From an uncultured Gemmatimonadales bacterium (lineage in GTDB: Bacteria > Gemmatimonadota > Gemmatimonadetes > Gemmatimonadales > Gemmatimonadaceae): a stretch of 64,000 bases of DNA. Positions 30,835 through 39,122 of this stretch are shown one piece after another. Within the stretch, counting starts at the first letter, position 1. Every line of letters starts with the position of its first letter. A model generated the notes under the pieces. That model ran no database searches and was not told where the DNA came from. It saw only the letters and a list, made by a program, of their open reading frames with translations. The position numbers were made by a program, and so were the translations under genes. The stretch lies in NCBI GenBank assembly GCA_963701965.1, contig OY969695.1:2368001-2432000 (forward strand), given 5' to 3'.

Positions 30835-31796
30835 TGCAGAGTCCTCAATGCCTTGCGGGCGTCGCCGTCCTTGGGGTTGAGCGCCACCGCAAGCTGAAAC
30901 TCGGCGCGCGCGGAATCCGGCTGATTGGTGAGCGCGAACACGTGGCCGAGACGGTAATGCGCGCCCGAGAGCTGCACGCGTTTGGAAGGGTTGGCCGCGA
31001 ACGGAGACGCAATGAACCGTTCCAACGCCGTCGCGGCCTGATCGAGGCGTTGCCCCGACAACGTGGCGACCTGACCCAGCTCCAGCAAGGTGGGCCAGTC
31101 ATCGGGCCGGGTGGCGAGCCGGCGATCGAGGACGGCGAATGCCGAGTCGTACTCGGCGGTGTCGGAGAACCAGCGGGCCATCGCCACGTATCCCAGGGCA
31201 CTGTCCGGGAACGTGCTCATGATGGTGTCGGCGGTCGCCCGCACGCAGGTGCGATCGTGGGAGACGCGGCACGTGAGCAACAGCGACTGGAGTCCGGAGA
31301 ACGGCGCGAACGATTGCAAGATGATCGACATCGCGCGGGCGCGGTCTTTGTCGCCGCCGACGATACCGGGGGCCTGCGCGTAGTACTCGATCACATCGGT
31401 GCGCGCGTCGAGATTGGTGGAGTCGAGCGCGACGGCGTGCTCGAACGCGGACTTGCAGCGGCGGGCCAGCTTGTACTTGAAGAAGAACGCGGCCTCGAGC
31501 GCGTGGCCGGCGTACGCCTGTCCCAGGCGATCCCAGTACATCGCGTTGGTGGAGTCGAGGGCCACGGCGCGCTCGAACCAGTCGACCGCGGGGCCATAGT
31601 GGCCGGCGTCGAGCTCCGTCCGTCCGAGATAGAACGCGGCGACGGCGTTGTCCTTGCCATAAGGCTCGAAGATGGTCCACGCGGCGCCGCGGTTGCCCGC
31701 GCGGAACAGGGCGACGGCCGAGTCGAGCTGCGCCTGGATCACGCCGGGCACGAGGATGAGAGCGAGCAGCGCAGCCGAGCCGGACCATGGAGCCAT
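30831..31796 (-). CDS. Secreted TPR-repeat protein
   Basis: Signal peptide MAPW...VIQA, then TPRs (FERAVALDSTNAMYWDRLG, APGIVGGDKDRA, AHYRLG...ARAEFQLAVALNP). Confidence 0.85.
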   Translation of the reverse strand: MAPWSGSAALLALILVPGVIQAQLDSAVALFRAGNRGAAWTIFEPYGKDNAVAAFYLGRTELDAGHYGPAVDWFERAVALDSTNAMYWDRLGQAYAGHALEAAFFFKYKLARRCKSAFEHAVALDSTNLDARTDVIEYYAQAPGIVGGDKDRARAMSIILQSFAPFSGLQSLLLTCRVSHDRTCVRATADTIMSTFPDSALGYVAMARWFSDTAEYDSAFAVLDRRLATRPDDWPTLLELGQVATLSGQRLDQAATALERFIASPFAANPSKRVQLSGAHYRLGHVFALTNQPDSARAEFQLAVALNPKDGDARKALRTLH

Positions 31797-31851
31797 GGAC
31801 AACCCTCCACGCCAAGGACGCGCCACCCGTTTGCCGCGTAATTTACGGAGT

Positions 31852-33024
31852 ATGGAGCCCGAGTTTGGCGAGCTGGCCTCGGCCGTCGCCGCATCCCTGC
31901 GCGCCGAACGCACGGCGCTCACGATGCGCTGGCTCGACCGCATCGCCGAGCGCGTGGCGCTGACGCCCAACCGGGTTTTCCCCACGGACCGGTTGCTCGA
32001 CCACATGCCGCTCCTGCTCCTGGGGATCGCCGACTTCATCGAAGACCCCACGCTGGTCGTTTCCGCGGACACGCAGGTGGTGATCCACGCGATGAAGTTG
32101 GGCGAGCTACGCCACATCCAAGGGTTCACCGAATATGAGATCCTGAAAGAGTTCGAGATACTGGGGGGCATCCTGTTCACGTTTCTGGGACGTCTGGCCG
32201 AGAAGATCGAGGCACCGGGACCGGTCTGGACGTGTTGCGCGCAACGCCTCTTCCAGGCCGTGAGCGTGATCCAGCAGGCGACCGCGACGCGGTACCTGCA
32301 GCTCATGGCGGCGCGGGTCTCGGAGCGGGAGGACCGGCTGCGGACGTTCGACCGCGCGCTCACGCACGAGCTGCGGAATCGCATCGGCATCGCGATGGGC
32401 GCGGCCCAACTGTTGGAGAGTATCGAACTGGCGGACGCGGATCGCCGGCGCCTGGCCGGCGTGGTCGCCCGCAACGCGACGGGCATGCGCATGGTGTTGG
32501 ACAACCTGCTGGAGCTGTCGCGACTCGACACCGATGCCCGCCACCAGCGGCACGTGCTGCTGGCCGCGGCGATCGGTGAAGCCGTGCGTCAACTGCGCGA
32601 CGCCGCGCACGCGGAGGGGGTGGAGGTGCGCGTCGCCGAGGATATGCCCGACGTGGAGGTCAGCGCGGCGATCGTCGAGTTGTGTCTGATCAATTTTCTG
32701 TCGAACGCCATCAAGTATCGGCATCCGGACCGCGCGTCGTTCGCCGACGTGCGGGGATCGCTCAACGGGAACGAGGTCATTGTCGCGGTCCACGACAACG
32801 GGCGGGGCGTGCCGGTCGAGGCGCGGCCAATGTTGTTCCAGCGATTTTTCCGCGCGCACACGTCGGAGTCGCCGGACATCGAGGGCACTGGGCTGGGCCT
32901 GAGCATCGTGCAGGAGACCATACGAACTGCCGGTGGGCGCGTGTGGGCCGAGTTTCCCGAAGAGGGGGGCTCGGTGTTCGCCTTTGCGCTGCCCGCGCGA
33001 CGGGCGGAAGACCTACCGACCTGA
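31852..33024 (+). CDS. Soluble sensor histidine kinase with RsbRD-N-like N-terminal domain
   Basis: H-box THELRN, N-box NFLSNAIKY, G1 DNGRGV and G2 GTGLGL. N-terminal LGELRHIQGF...EILKEF resembles RsbRD_N. Confidence 0.92.
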   Translation: MEPEFGELASAVAASLRAERTALTMRWLDRIAERVALTPNRVFPTDRLLDHMPLLLLGIADFIEDPTLVVSADTQVVIHAMKLGELRHIQGFTEYEILKEFEILGGILFTFLGRLAEKIEAPGPVWTCCAQRLFQAVSVIQQATATRYLQLMAARVSEREDRLRTFDRALTHELRNRIGIAMGAAQLLESIELADADRRRLAGVVARNATGMRMVLDNLLELSRLDTDARHQRHVLLAAAIGEAVRQLRDAAHAEGVEVRVAEDMPDVEVSAAIVELCLINFLSNAIKYRHPDRASFADVRGSLNGNEVIVAVHDNGRGVPVEARPMLFQRFFRAHTSESPDIEGTGLGLSIVQETIRTAGGRVWAEFPEEGGSVFAFALPARRAEDLPT

Positions 33025-33065
33025 CGGGGCGGCGCTTCGCCGGATGGCGACTAGCCGAATGGCGA

Positions 33066-33473
33066 CTAACCGAGCGCCTCTCGTAATACCTCCCGAAATC
33101 GCGCAGGGTCCAACGGCAGCTCGATCCACGGGAGTCCGTGGGGCTCGGCCAGAGCGCGCACGTCGGGGCCGAGGCGTCCCGGACTGAAGGCGACGACGGC
33201 GATGCCGCTGAGGCGGAGGCGCGCCAACAGATCGGGTTGAAAGCCGTCCGGGTGATCGACGTCAACGAGGACGAGGTCTGGTTGATGGCGGGCGATGGCG
33301 GCGGCGGGTGATTCCGCTGGATCGTCGTGCACGGCAACCGACAGCTGTTCCAACTCCGAGAATGCCCCGAGCAATGCCGCCGTCAGCGGATCGGTCGAGA
33401 CAATCAACACCGTATGCACAGATGTGGCCGGTCGCAAGGGACGGGCCGCACGGTCTCGAACCGGTTCGAACAT
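33066..33473 (-). CDS. Atypical stand-alone receiver-domain protein
   Basis: VLIVSTD, PDLVLVDVD, VVAFS and ELP follow the CheY topology but lack the conserved Lys. Confidence 0.65.
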   Translation of the reverse strand: MFEPVRDRAARPLRPATSVHTVLIVSTDPLTAALLGAFSELEQLSVAVHDDPAESPAAAIARHQPDLVLVDVDHPDGFQPDLLARLRLSGIAVVAFSPGRLGPDVRALAEPHGLPWIELPLDPARFREVLREALG

Positions 33474-33538
33474 TCTGGGTGTCACGAGACCGTTTCTGAA
33501 AATTGATCCTCGTGACCCTCGCCGGTGTCTGGAAAGAC

Positions 33539-35119
33539 ATGGGGCCGGATCATCTCGTGCGCGCCGTGGGCGCCGTGTGGGGGGCGTCGGTCGCGGCGAC
33601 GGTCGCGTATCTGGTGGGCCGGCGCCCGCCGGCCGCGGCCAGCGCCTGCGGCACGGCGGCCTGGGACGACGGTGGTTCGCTGGTCACGGGCGCGGGGCTC
33701 ATCGTCGGGCGCTCCCGGGCGGGCCTGCTGCGCTACGCGGGCGAGGGGCATCTGCTGACGGTCGCGCCGACGCGATCGGGCAAGGGCGTGAGCGCGGTGA
33801 TGCCGAATCTGCTGACGTTTCCGGGGTCGATCATCGTGACCGACCCCAAGGGTGAGAACTACGCGGTGACGGCGGCGCGCCGGCGGGCAATGGGCTCGCG
33901 CGTCCTGGCGTATGATCCCTTTGGCGTCGTGGCGCCGCCGGAAGAGCGGGCGACGTACAATCCTTTGGACCGGATCGACACGCGGACGGCGGACGCGGTC
34001 GATGACGCGCGGCTCCTGGCGGACATGATGGTAGTGTCGGACGGGCGGAGCGAGGCGTTCTGGGAGGAGGAGGCGCGCGCGGCGCTGGTGGGGCTCATCC
34101 TGCATGTGGCGGCGGGGGGCGATCGCGGAGGGCGGTCGTTGAGCGCCGTGCGCGCGTGTCTCACGCGCCCGCCGCTGGAGTTCAAGTCGCTGCTCTCCGA
34201 CATGGCGTCGAGTCCGGCGGCCGGGGGACTGGTGCAGCGGGCCGCGGGGCAGCTCCTGCAAAAGAGCGCGCGGGAGCGGGCGGCGGTGTTGTCGACGGCG
34301 CAGAGTCACACGCACTTTCTGGATAGCCCGAGCATGGCGGCGGTGCTGGACGCGACGCGTCGCCCGGCGGCGGATCCCGGCGCAGCCGGGATCAGTCCAA
34401 CCGACTCAGGGTCTCGCGACGCGCAGCGTCGCCGGGATCCCGGCGCAGCCGGGATCAGTCCAACCGACTCAGGGTCTCGCGACGCGCAGCGTCGCCGGGA
34501 TCCCGGCGCAGCCCACACGACGTATCTGGTGTTGCCGCCCGAGCGGCTCGATGGCTATCGCCGCTGGCTCCGGATCATGATCGGTTCGATGCTGAACGCG
34601 ATCACGAAGCGGGGCGCGCCCGGGATCGGACGCGTGGTCTTCCTGCTGGACGAGTTCGCGCACCTCGGGCGCATGCGACCGGTGGAGCGGGGGATCTCGC
34701 TGGTTGGGGGGTACGGCGTCAGCTTCTGGCTCCTGATTCAGGATCTGGCGCAGCTGCGCGCGGTCTATTCCGACAGTTGGCCGACGTTTCTGGCGAATGC
34801 GGATGTGCTGCAGGCGTTCGGGATCAATGACTGGGAGACGGCCGATCATCTGTCGCGTCTGGCGGGGGACGCGACGGTGCGGGTGACGACCGAGTCGCGG
34901 ACGCGCCGGGCGCGGGTGGCTGAGTCGGTATCGGAGCGCGGGCGGCGTCTGATCACGGCGGACGAGGTGCGGCGCCTGGCGCCCGACCTCCAGCTGGTCT
35001 TCGTGCGGGGCCGCTCACCGATCGCCGCCGGGAAGGTGAACTATCTCCGGGACCCGGAGTTCTCGACGCTGGCGGCGCCGAACCCGTTTCACAATGTGGC
35101 CGCTCGTCCTGTGGCTTAA
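33539..35119 (+). CDS. virD4: Type IV secretion coupling protein VirD4/TraG family, with in-frame repeat insertion
   Basis: HLLTVAPTRSGKG (Walker A), TDPKGEN, YNPL, FW, FLLDEF (Walker B), QDLAQL and ITADEV motifs. Confidence 0.92.
   Translation: MGPDHLVRAVGAVWGASVAATVAYLVGRRPPAAASACGTAAWDDGGSLVTGAGLIVGRSRAGLLRYAGEGHLLTVAPTRSGKGVSAVMPNLLTFPGSIIVTDPKGENYAVTAARRRAMGSRVLAYDPFGVVAPPEERATYNPLDRIDTRTADAVDDARLLADMMVVSDGRSEAFWEEEARAALVGLILHVAAGGDRGGRSLSAVRACLTRPPLEFKSLLSDMASSPAAGGLVQRAAGQLLQKSARERAAVLSTAQSHTHFLDSPSMAAVLDATRRPAADPGAAGISPTDSGSRDAQRRRDPGAAGISPTDSGSRDAQRRRDPGAAHTTYLVLPPERLDGYRRWLRIMIGSMLNAITKRGAPGIGRVVFLLDEFAHLGRMRPVERGISLVGGYGVSFWLLIQDLAQLRAVYSDSWPTFLANADVLQAFGINDWETADHLSRLAGDATVRVTTESRTRRARVAESVSERGRRLITADEVRRLAPDLQLVFVRGRSPIAAGKVNYLRDPEFSTLAAPNPFHNVAARPVA
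34372..34513 (+). repeat. 63-bp tandem repeat (two exact copies plus 16 bp) inside virD4, each unit holding two GCA-triloop hairpins
   Basis: Units start at 34372, 34435 and 34498. Hairpins are GATCCCGGC-GCA-GCCGGGATC and GCGACGC-GCA-GCGTCGC. Encodes DPGAAGISPTDSGSRDAQRRR twice. Confidence 0.95.
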
Positions 35120-35612
35120 TCTGAGCCCGAGTCTCCCGATCGGCGTCTACCGGAGCGTGAGCGATCCGGTGCGCCGCGGCGCGATCGTCGTGGTGTGCCT
35201 TCCGGCCGACATCGGCGCGTTCGCCCGCGCCCGCGGCTACTTGAGTGCCGGACCGTGCCCAGGCGACGTCGAACGCTTGGGCAAGATCGTCGCCGGCGTG
35301 CCGGGCGATACGATCGACGTCGACACGACGGGTGTGCGCATCAACGGGCGCGCGATCGCCGCGAGCCGTCCGCTCCCGCGCGACACGCGGGGCCGCGAGC
35401 TCCCCCGCTGGCGCGGGCGCGCGGTGGTGCGCCCGGGCGAGCTCTTCCTGCTGGCGACCGTGCACGCACGCAGTTTCGACGGGCGCTATTTCGGGCCAGT
35501 GGCGGTGCGCGATCTGGTCGTCGTCCGGCCCTGGTGGATCATCGCATGGCGAAATACTTGTTGCACAGGGCCCCAAGCCGCTTGGCCAATGCCTCGCCGC
35601 GGGCGCTGGTGA
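35094..35612 (+). CDS. traF: Conjugal transfer signal peptidase TraF (peptidase S26)
   Basis: NLSPSLPIGVY, RGYL, LGKIVAGVPGD and SFDGRYFGP motifs. Confidence 0.88.
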   Translation: MWPLVLWLNLSPSLPIGVYRSVSDPVRRGAIVVVCLPADIGAFARARGYLSAGPCPGDVERLGKIVAGVPGDTIDVDTTGVRINGRAIAASRPLPRDTRGRELPRWRGRAVVRPGELFLLATVHARSFDGRYFGPVAVRDLVVVRPWWIIAWRNTCCTGPQAAWPMPRRGRW

Positions 35613-36060
35613 AGTCCTTGTCGGTGCCGGACTGCGCGAAGCCGGGCAGCACGACGGTGCAATAGATGCGGCCCTTCTTGCTCTCGATCTCCGCGCCGTC
35701 CTTGGCTTTCCGTACCGCCTGGTCGCCGACGCCGCTCAAAGCAGTGTATTTGACCTTATCGCTGCTCGCGGTGACGTCGTTCCACGTCATTTCCGACGTC
35801 ATGTCGGGGCCACCGTACACGATGATCGATCCACCGTCTTTGGCGGTGCTGAACGTGCACGACCCGGATCGATAGGGGTACGTGCCAACGATGGCGGGGT
35901 CGTTGAGGATGCCAACAGCATCGGCTGGTGCAAAGACCTTCTTGCAGTCGATCGGGGGGCCGTCGTCATCGGCTTTGCTGGACTGAGCGTGTGCAGCGGA
36001 CGGCGCGCACGCGGCGATCGCGCCGAACGTGCAGGCGAGGAGCAGGTCTCTCACGGTCAT
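35539..36060 (-). CDS. Hypothetical secreted protein/lipoprotein (DUF3558-like)
   Basis: Signal peptide with IAAC, a Cys...Cys pattern and LSGVGDQA. Confidence 0.7.
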   Translation of the reverse strand: MTVRDLLLACTFGAIAACAPSAAHAQSSKADDDGPPIDCKKVFAPADAVGILNDPAIVGTYPYRSGSCTFSTAKDGGSIIVYGGPDMTSEMTWNDVTASSDKVKYTALSGVGDQAVRKAKDGAEIESKKGRIYCTVVLPGFAQSGTDKDFTSARGEALAKRLGALCNKYFAMR

Positions 36061-36207
36061 GATTTCCTCGAGCGGCGGGTTAGGGCTCCCAATGTCGCCA
36101 CGCCCCGTCGCCCCGCCGTCGCTCCAATGTCTCTTTACCGCCGATTGCTGTGTCTCGCCGTGACGCCGAGTGAAACAACGACCCCGACCGCGCCGTACGG
36201 GCTGGCT

Positions 36208-36714
36208 ATGACCACATCGACCTTGACCAGGCCGGCCTCGAATGCGACGTGGATCAACGCGTCCATCATCGTCGGCTCGGCAATGTTCGTGTTCGGATTG
36301 ACCGTGTCGGCGATCTTCGCGCCCCAGTGGCGCGTGTTGCACGTGTTCCAGGCGCTGATCTACGTGGCCCTGGTCGCGCTGACGCGCCGCAAAAGTGCCT
36401 GGGGGTTCGGCGCCGGCGTTCTGATCGCCCTCTTCTGGAACTACCTCACGCTGATCCGCTCCCCCGTTGGCCGCAATCTGATCGAGGGCCACGGCGGCGA
36501 CCCGAGCACGGCCATCCAGGTCGTCGCCGCCTGCGGCCACTTCGTCATCATCTTCGCCTGCCTCGCCGGGTTCCTGCAGACCCGCCCCGCCTCGCGCCAG
36601 TGGGCGCAGTTCGCCACGGGCGGCGTGTTCGCCATCGGCTACCTTCTGGCGATGGCGGCCCTCGTGGGGCCGCCGGAAGGCATGGAGCACATCAAGGCGG
36701 CGTTTGGCCTTTAG
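36208..36714 (+). CDS. Hypothetical membrane protein
   Basis: About five hydrophobic segments and host-like codon usage from ATG 36208. Confidence 0.7.
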   Translation: MTTSTLTRPASNATWINASIIVGSAMFVFGLTVSAIFAPQWRVLHVFQALIYVALVALTRRKSAWGFGAGVLIALFWNYLTLIRSPVGRNLIEGHGGDPSTAIQVVAACGHFVIIFACLAGFLQTRPASRQWAQFATGGVFAIGYLLAMAALVGPPEGMEHIKAAFGL

Positions 36715-37171
36715 CGGCCGACCCCTCGGGATCCTCCTGCCACATGATACGCGTGAAGCGCCAGCTACCGTCGCGCTGCTTCTTCATCACCCGTAGGAAT
36801 CGGCCGTGCAGCGTCGCGGTCGTCTTCTGCTTCACGTCTTCGAAAGTCACATCGAAACGCCCCCATTCGTAGGCCACCGAGCCATTGACGTGTAGGCTCT
36901 CGAAGTGCGGCGTGTACGTCAGACACTTTTGTCCACCCGTCGCGTACACCGCGCGCAACGCCGGCAGCCCGACGATCGCGTGCTCGCCCTGGCCGAGTAA
37001 CGTCGCGTCGTCATCCCAGAGTGCCGCGAGCTGATCGGGGTTCTGCGTGAGCGTGGCCGCAATGTCCCGCTGACGTAGCGCCTCGATCCCGGCGCGTTCG
37101 GATTGGGCGTGCGCCGCGCCGGCAATGCCGAGGAACAGCACCAGCAGCGGGGTAATGCGTTTGGGAATCAT
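36692..37171 (-). CDS. Secreted NTF2-like (DUF4440/SnoaL) protein
   Basis: Signal peptide ending AHA, then LAALWDDDA, AYEWG and VMKKQRDGSWRF. Confidence 0.85.
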   Translation of the reverse strand: MIPKRITPLLVLFLGIAGAAHAQSERAGIEALRQRDIAATLTQNPDQLAALWDDDATLLGQGEHAIVGLPALRAVYATGGQKCLTYTPHFESLHVNGSVAYEWGRFDVTFEDVKQKTTATLHGRFLRVMKKQRDGSWRFTRIMWQEDPEGSAAKGQTPP

Positions 37172-37286
37172 CGCACAAACATAGGGCGCGTGGACCGGAC
37201 GCATCCAGCGGCCCTGGGCGGGCGACAGCTCGCTGCCCTTCGAAACCGTCGACGTCGACGCCGCGATCGTGGGCATGTGAGGCCAG

Positions 37287-37358
37287 AGGCGCGGGCCGGA
37301 ATCGAACCGGCGAATAGCGGTTTTGCAGACCGCTGCCTTACCACTTGGCTACCGCGCC
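37287..37358 (-). tRNA. tRNA-Cys (GCA)
   Basis: GGCGCGG TAGCCAAGTGGTAAGGC A GCGGT-CTGCAAA-ACCGC TATTC GCCGG-TTCGATT-CCGGC CCGCGCC T forms a full cloverleaf with a U discriminator; CCA is not encoded. Confidence 0.97.
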
Positions 37359-37371
37359 AGAAACAGCCCGT

Positions 37372-37400
37372 AAGCTATTCTTGCTGACTGACTTGAACAA
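37372..37400 (-). promoter_or_regulatory. Sigma70-type promoter of tRNA-Cys
   Basis: TTGTTC-N17-TAGCTT 13 nt upstream of the tRNA. Hexamers and 17-nt spacing are conserved in the copies at 43971-43999 and 45174-45202, while the spacers diverge. Confidence 0.75.
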
Positions 37401-37439
37401 GCCGGCCCGGCTACCCCGACTGGTCGGCACGTGGATGAG

Positions 37440-37459
37440 TGTGGGCATTTTTGTGGGCA
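37440..37459. repeat. Candidate integrase arm-type binding sites
   Basis: TGTGGGCA-TTTT-TGTGGGCA with a 12-bp period; matched by TGTGGGCA-CTCT-CGTGGGCG at 43783-43802 near the other end. Confidence 0.6.
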
Positions 37460-37465
37460 CTCCCA

Positions 37466-37735
37466 TCACGCGAGCCGCATGCTAGCCCGCGCCCCGTCTA
37501 CCCGCGCTGCATCCTCACCGACTCCGCCTTGCAGACTGGCTGCCACGCGCGCTGCGTCCTCAGCAAAGTACGCCTCGGGCGCGTGCTTCATGTAGCGCAT
37601 CGTCCTTGCGCTTCACCAATCCGCATTCCCGTGTACAGCAACACGGCGAACAACGCCCACCACTGCGGCGACGCCACGTGCTCGATCTTGCCGATCTCCG
37701 TCGCGTCTAACCATCGTTCCTTCCCTTCGGGCTCG
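37466..37735 (-). pseudogene. Tyrosine integrase remnant with internal deletion
   Basis: ERWLDATEI...ALFAVLLYTGMRIGEA (catalytic Arg box) is joined out of frame directly to TMRYMKHAP...RLA* (catalytic Tyr). The HxxR region is missing. Confidence 0.8.
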
Positions 37736-37891
37736 CGCCTCGATCCACGATTGAACATCGGCTGGTCGCCACCGCAGCGTGCGTGGCGCGTAGCGCACGG
37801 CAATGTGACCGACCAATTCATACACGCGCTTGTGCCGCATGCCGAGAATGCGGGCCACTTCCGGTGCTTTAAGCAGCGTTTCCAGTGTCAT
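37730..37891 (-). pseudogene. Excisionase-like HTH protein whose 3' end runs into the int remnant
   Basis: MTLETLLKAPEVARILGMRHKRVYEL...RTLRWRPADVQSWIE matches the HTH_17/AlpA/Xis pattern. Confidence 0.75.
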
Positions 37892-38765
37892 ACTGCTTTC
37901 CTGCATGGTGCCGTGTTGTCGTGTCCTTGCCTCTCGCATCTCCTCGCTCCGTGAGAGTGTTGCCTACCAAGTGGGATTCAGCATGCCCTCTACTTACCAA
38001 ACTCCGCCGAACGGTGGAATCCGCAATTGGCACGCACGAAGGCGTACTCGTCCGACCAACGCGCGTGCGTTGAAGGCCGCGCCGACCGAGCGAGCACGCG
38101 TTCTGCCGTATCGAACTTTTGTGATGTCGCCCAAGCTCTCAGATGCATCCTAGAGGGGCGCATCGAATTCATTGCCGCGCGTTACGCGACCATGCGAGTT
38201 AGTAGAGAGATGTCTCTTTTTGCGGCAGCGCCTTGCCCCATTCGCGCCAGACGGCGCTCAAGGGGCGAACTATCTGACGCATGCAGTTGGCCCTAGCTCT
38301 CGTCAGTTGGCGCGCACGGCTAGGCCGTGGAAGCAAGAAGTAGCTCCCCGCCAAGATCGTCGAGGCTATCGGCTGGATCGACGGACCACGGATCCAGAGC
38401 ATCAGTCTCAGTCCGAGAAAAGGGACGCGCCCCTCAACCCCCGCGCGCGCGCTTCCTCAACGTCGAGGAGGAAGACGTCAACGACTGCCGCTAGGGTCAA
38501 TTCGCCAACCTCGCTGCGCCCCGCCAGGCGAGCCACCTCAACGTGCGAGCGCGATCAAGCAACTCAGCGAGTAGGACGGAGGCGTACGTCCCGGGAGAGA
38601 TCGGTGCGCCACGTCCCCTCGCAGCCAGGAAAGCCTCGCGTTCGAAATAGAACTGTCCAAACATGACCGGAAGCTAACGATCGTATGCCATTGTTAGAAC
38701 AGACAACTGACCCTATCTCTCATAGCTTGCCGTATGCCATTGTTACCCACTCTTCCGGGCGCAGC

Positions 38766-38939
38766 GTGACCGACGCTAAGACCGAGCGCCTGGTTATTCG
38801 CATGAGCCCCGGCGACAAGAGATTGGTCGAGCGCGCAGCGGCCGCAGACGAGTTGGAAGTCTCGACCTGGGCTCGACGAGTTATTGTCCAGACGGCGAAA
38901 CGCCGGGACGCGAAGGACCGAGGCGGCGATGACGCATAG
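38766..38939 (+). CDS. Ribbon-helix-helix protein (DUF1778/MobC-like)
   Basis: KTERLVIRMSPGDKRLVERAAAADELEVSTWARRVI RHH pattern. Confidence 0.75.
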   Translation: MTDAKTERLVIRMSPGDKRLVERAAAADELEVSTWARRVIVQTAKRRDAKDRGGDDA

Positions 38940-39122
38940 GTTCGAGTCAGTTGAGGGCGCCTGCCGCTGGCCGCTTGCCGGTCACAAACAGCATCGGCCC
39001 CTTTCGTCCGGACCAACGCACGTCGACGGGTGTAGCGGTAGAGTGTGCAGTGCGACTAATTTTGATTAGCTGCGATCCCTATTGATGATGTTGCCTTGAG
39101 TTCCCACGCTCACCATCCAGGG

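Noticed and set aside
33044..33073. 15-bp tandem duplication ATGGCGACTA(G/A)CCGA between convergent genes
   Set aside because: Only two copies, overlapping a stop codon; consistent with local slippage and with no evidence of function.
34372..34513. 63-bp repeat as a CRISPR array
   Set aside because: The units are identical end to end with no unique spacers, lie in-frame within a CDS, and no cas genes are present.
37950..38700. Short ORFs in the island between xis and the RHH gene, including a possibly frameshifted minus-strand ORF starting near 38665
   Set aside because: No recognisable motifs; they look like decayed island DNA and I cannot support a gene call.
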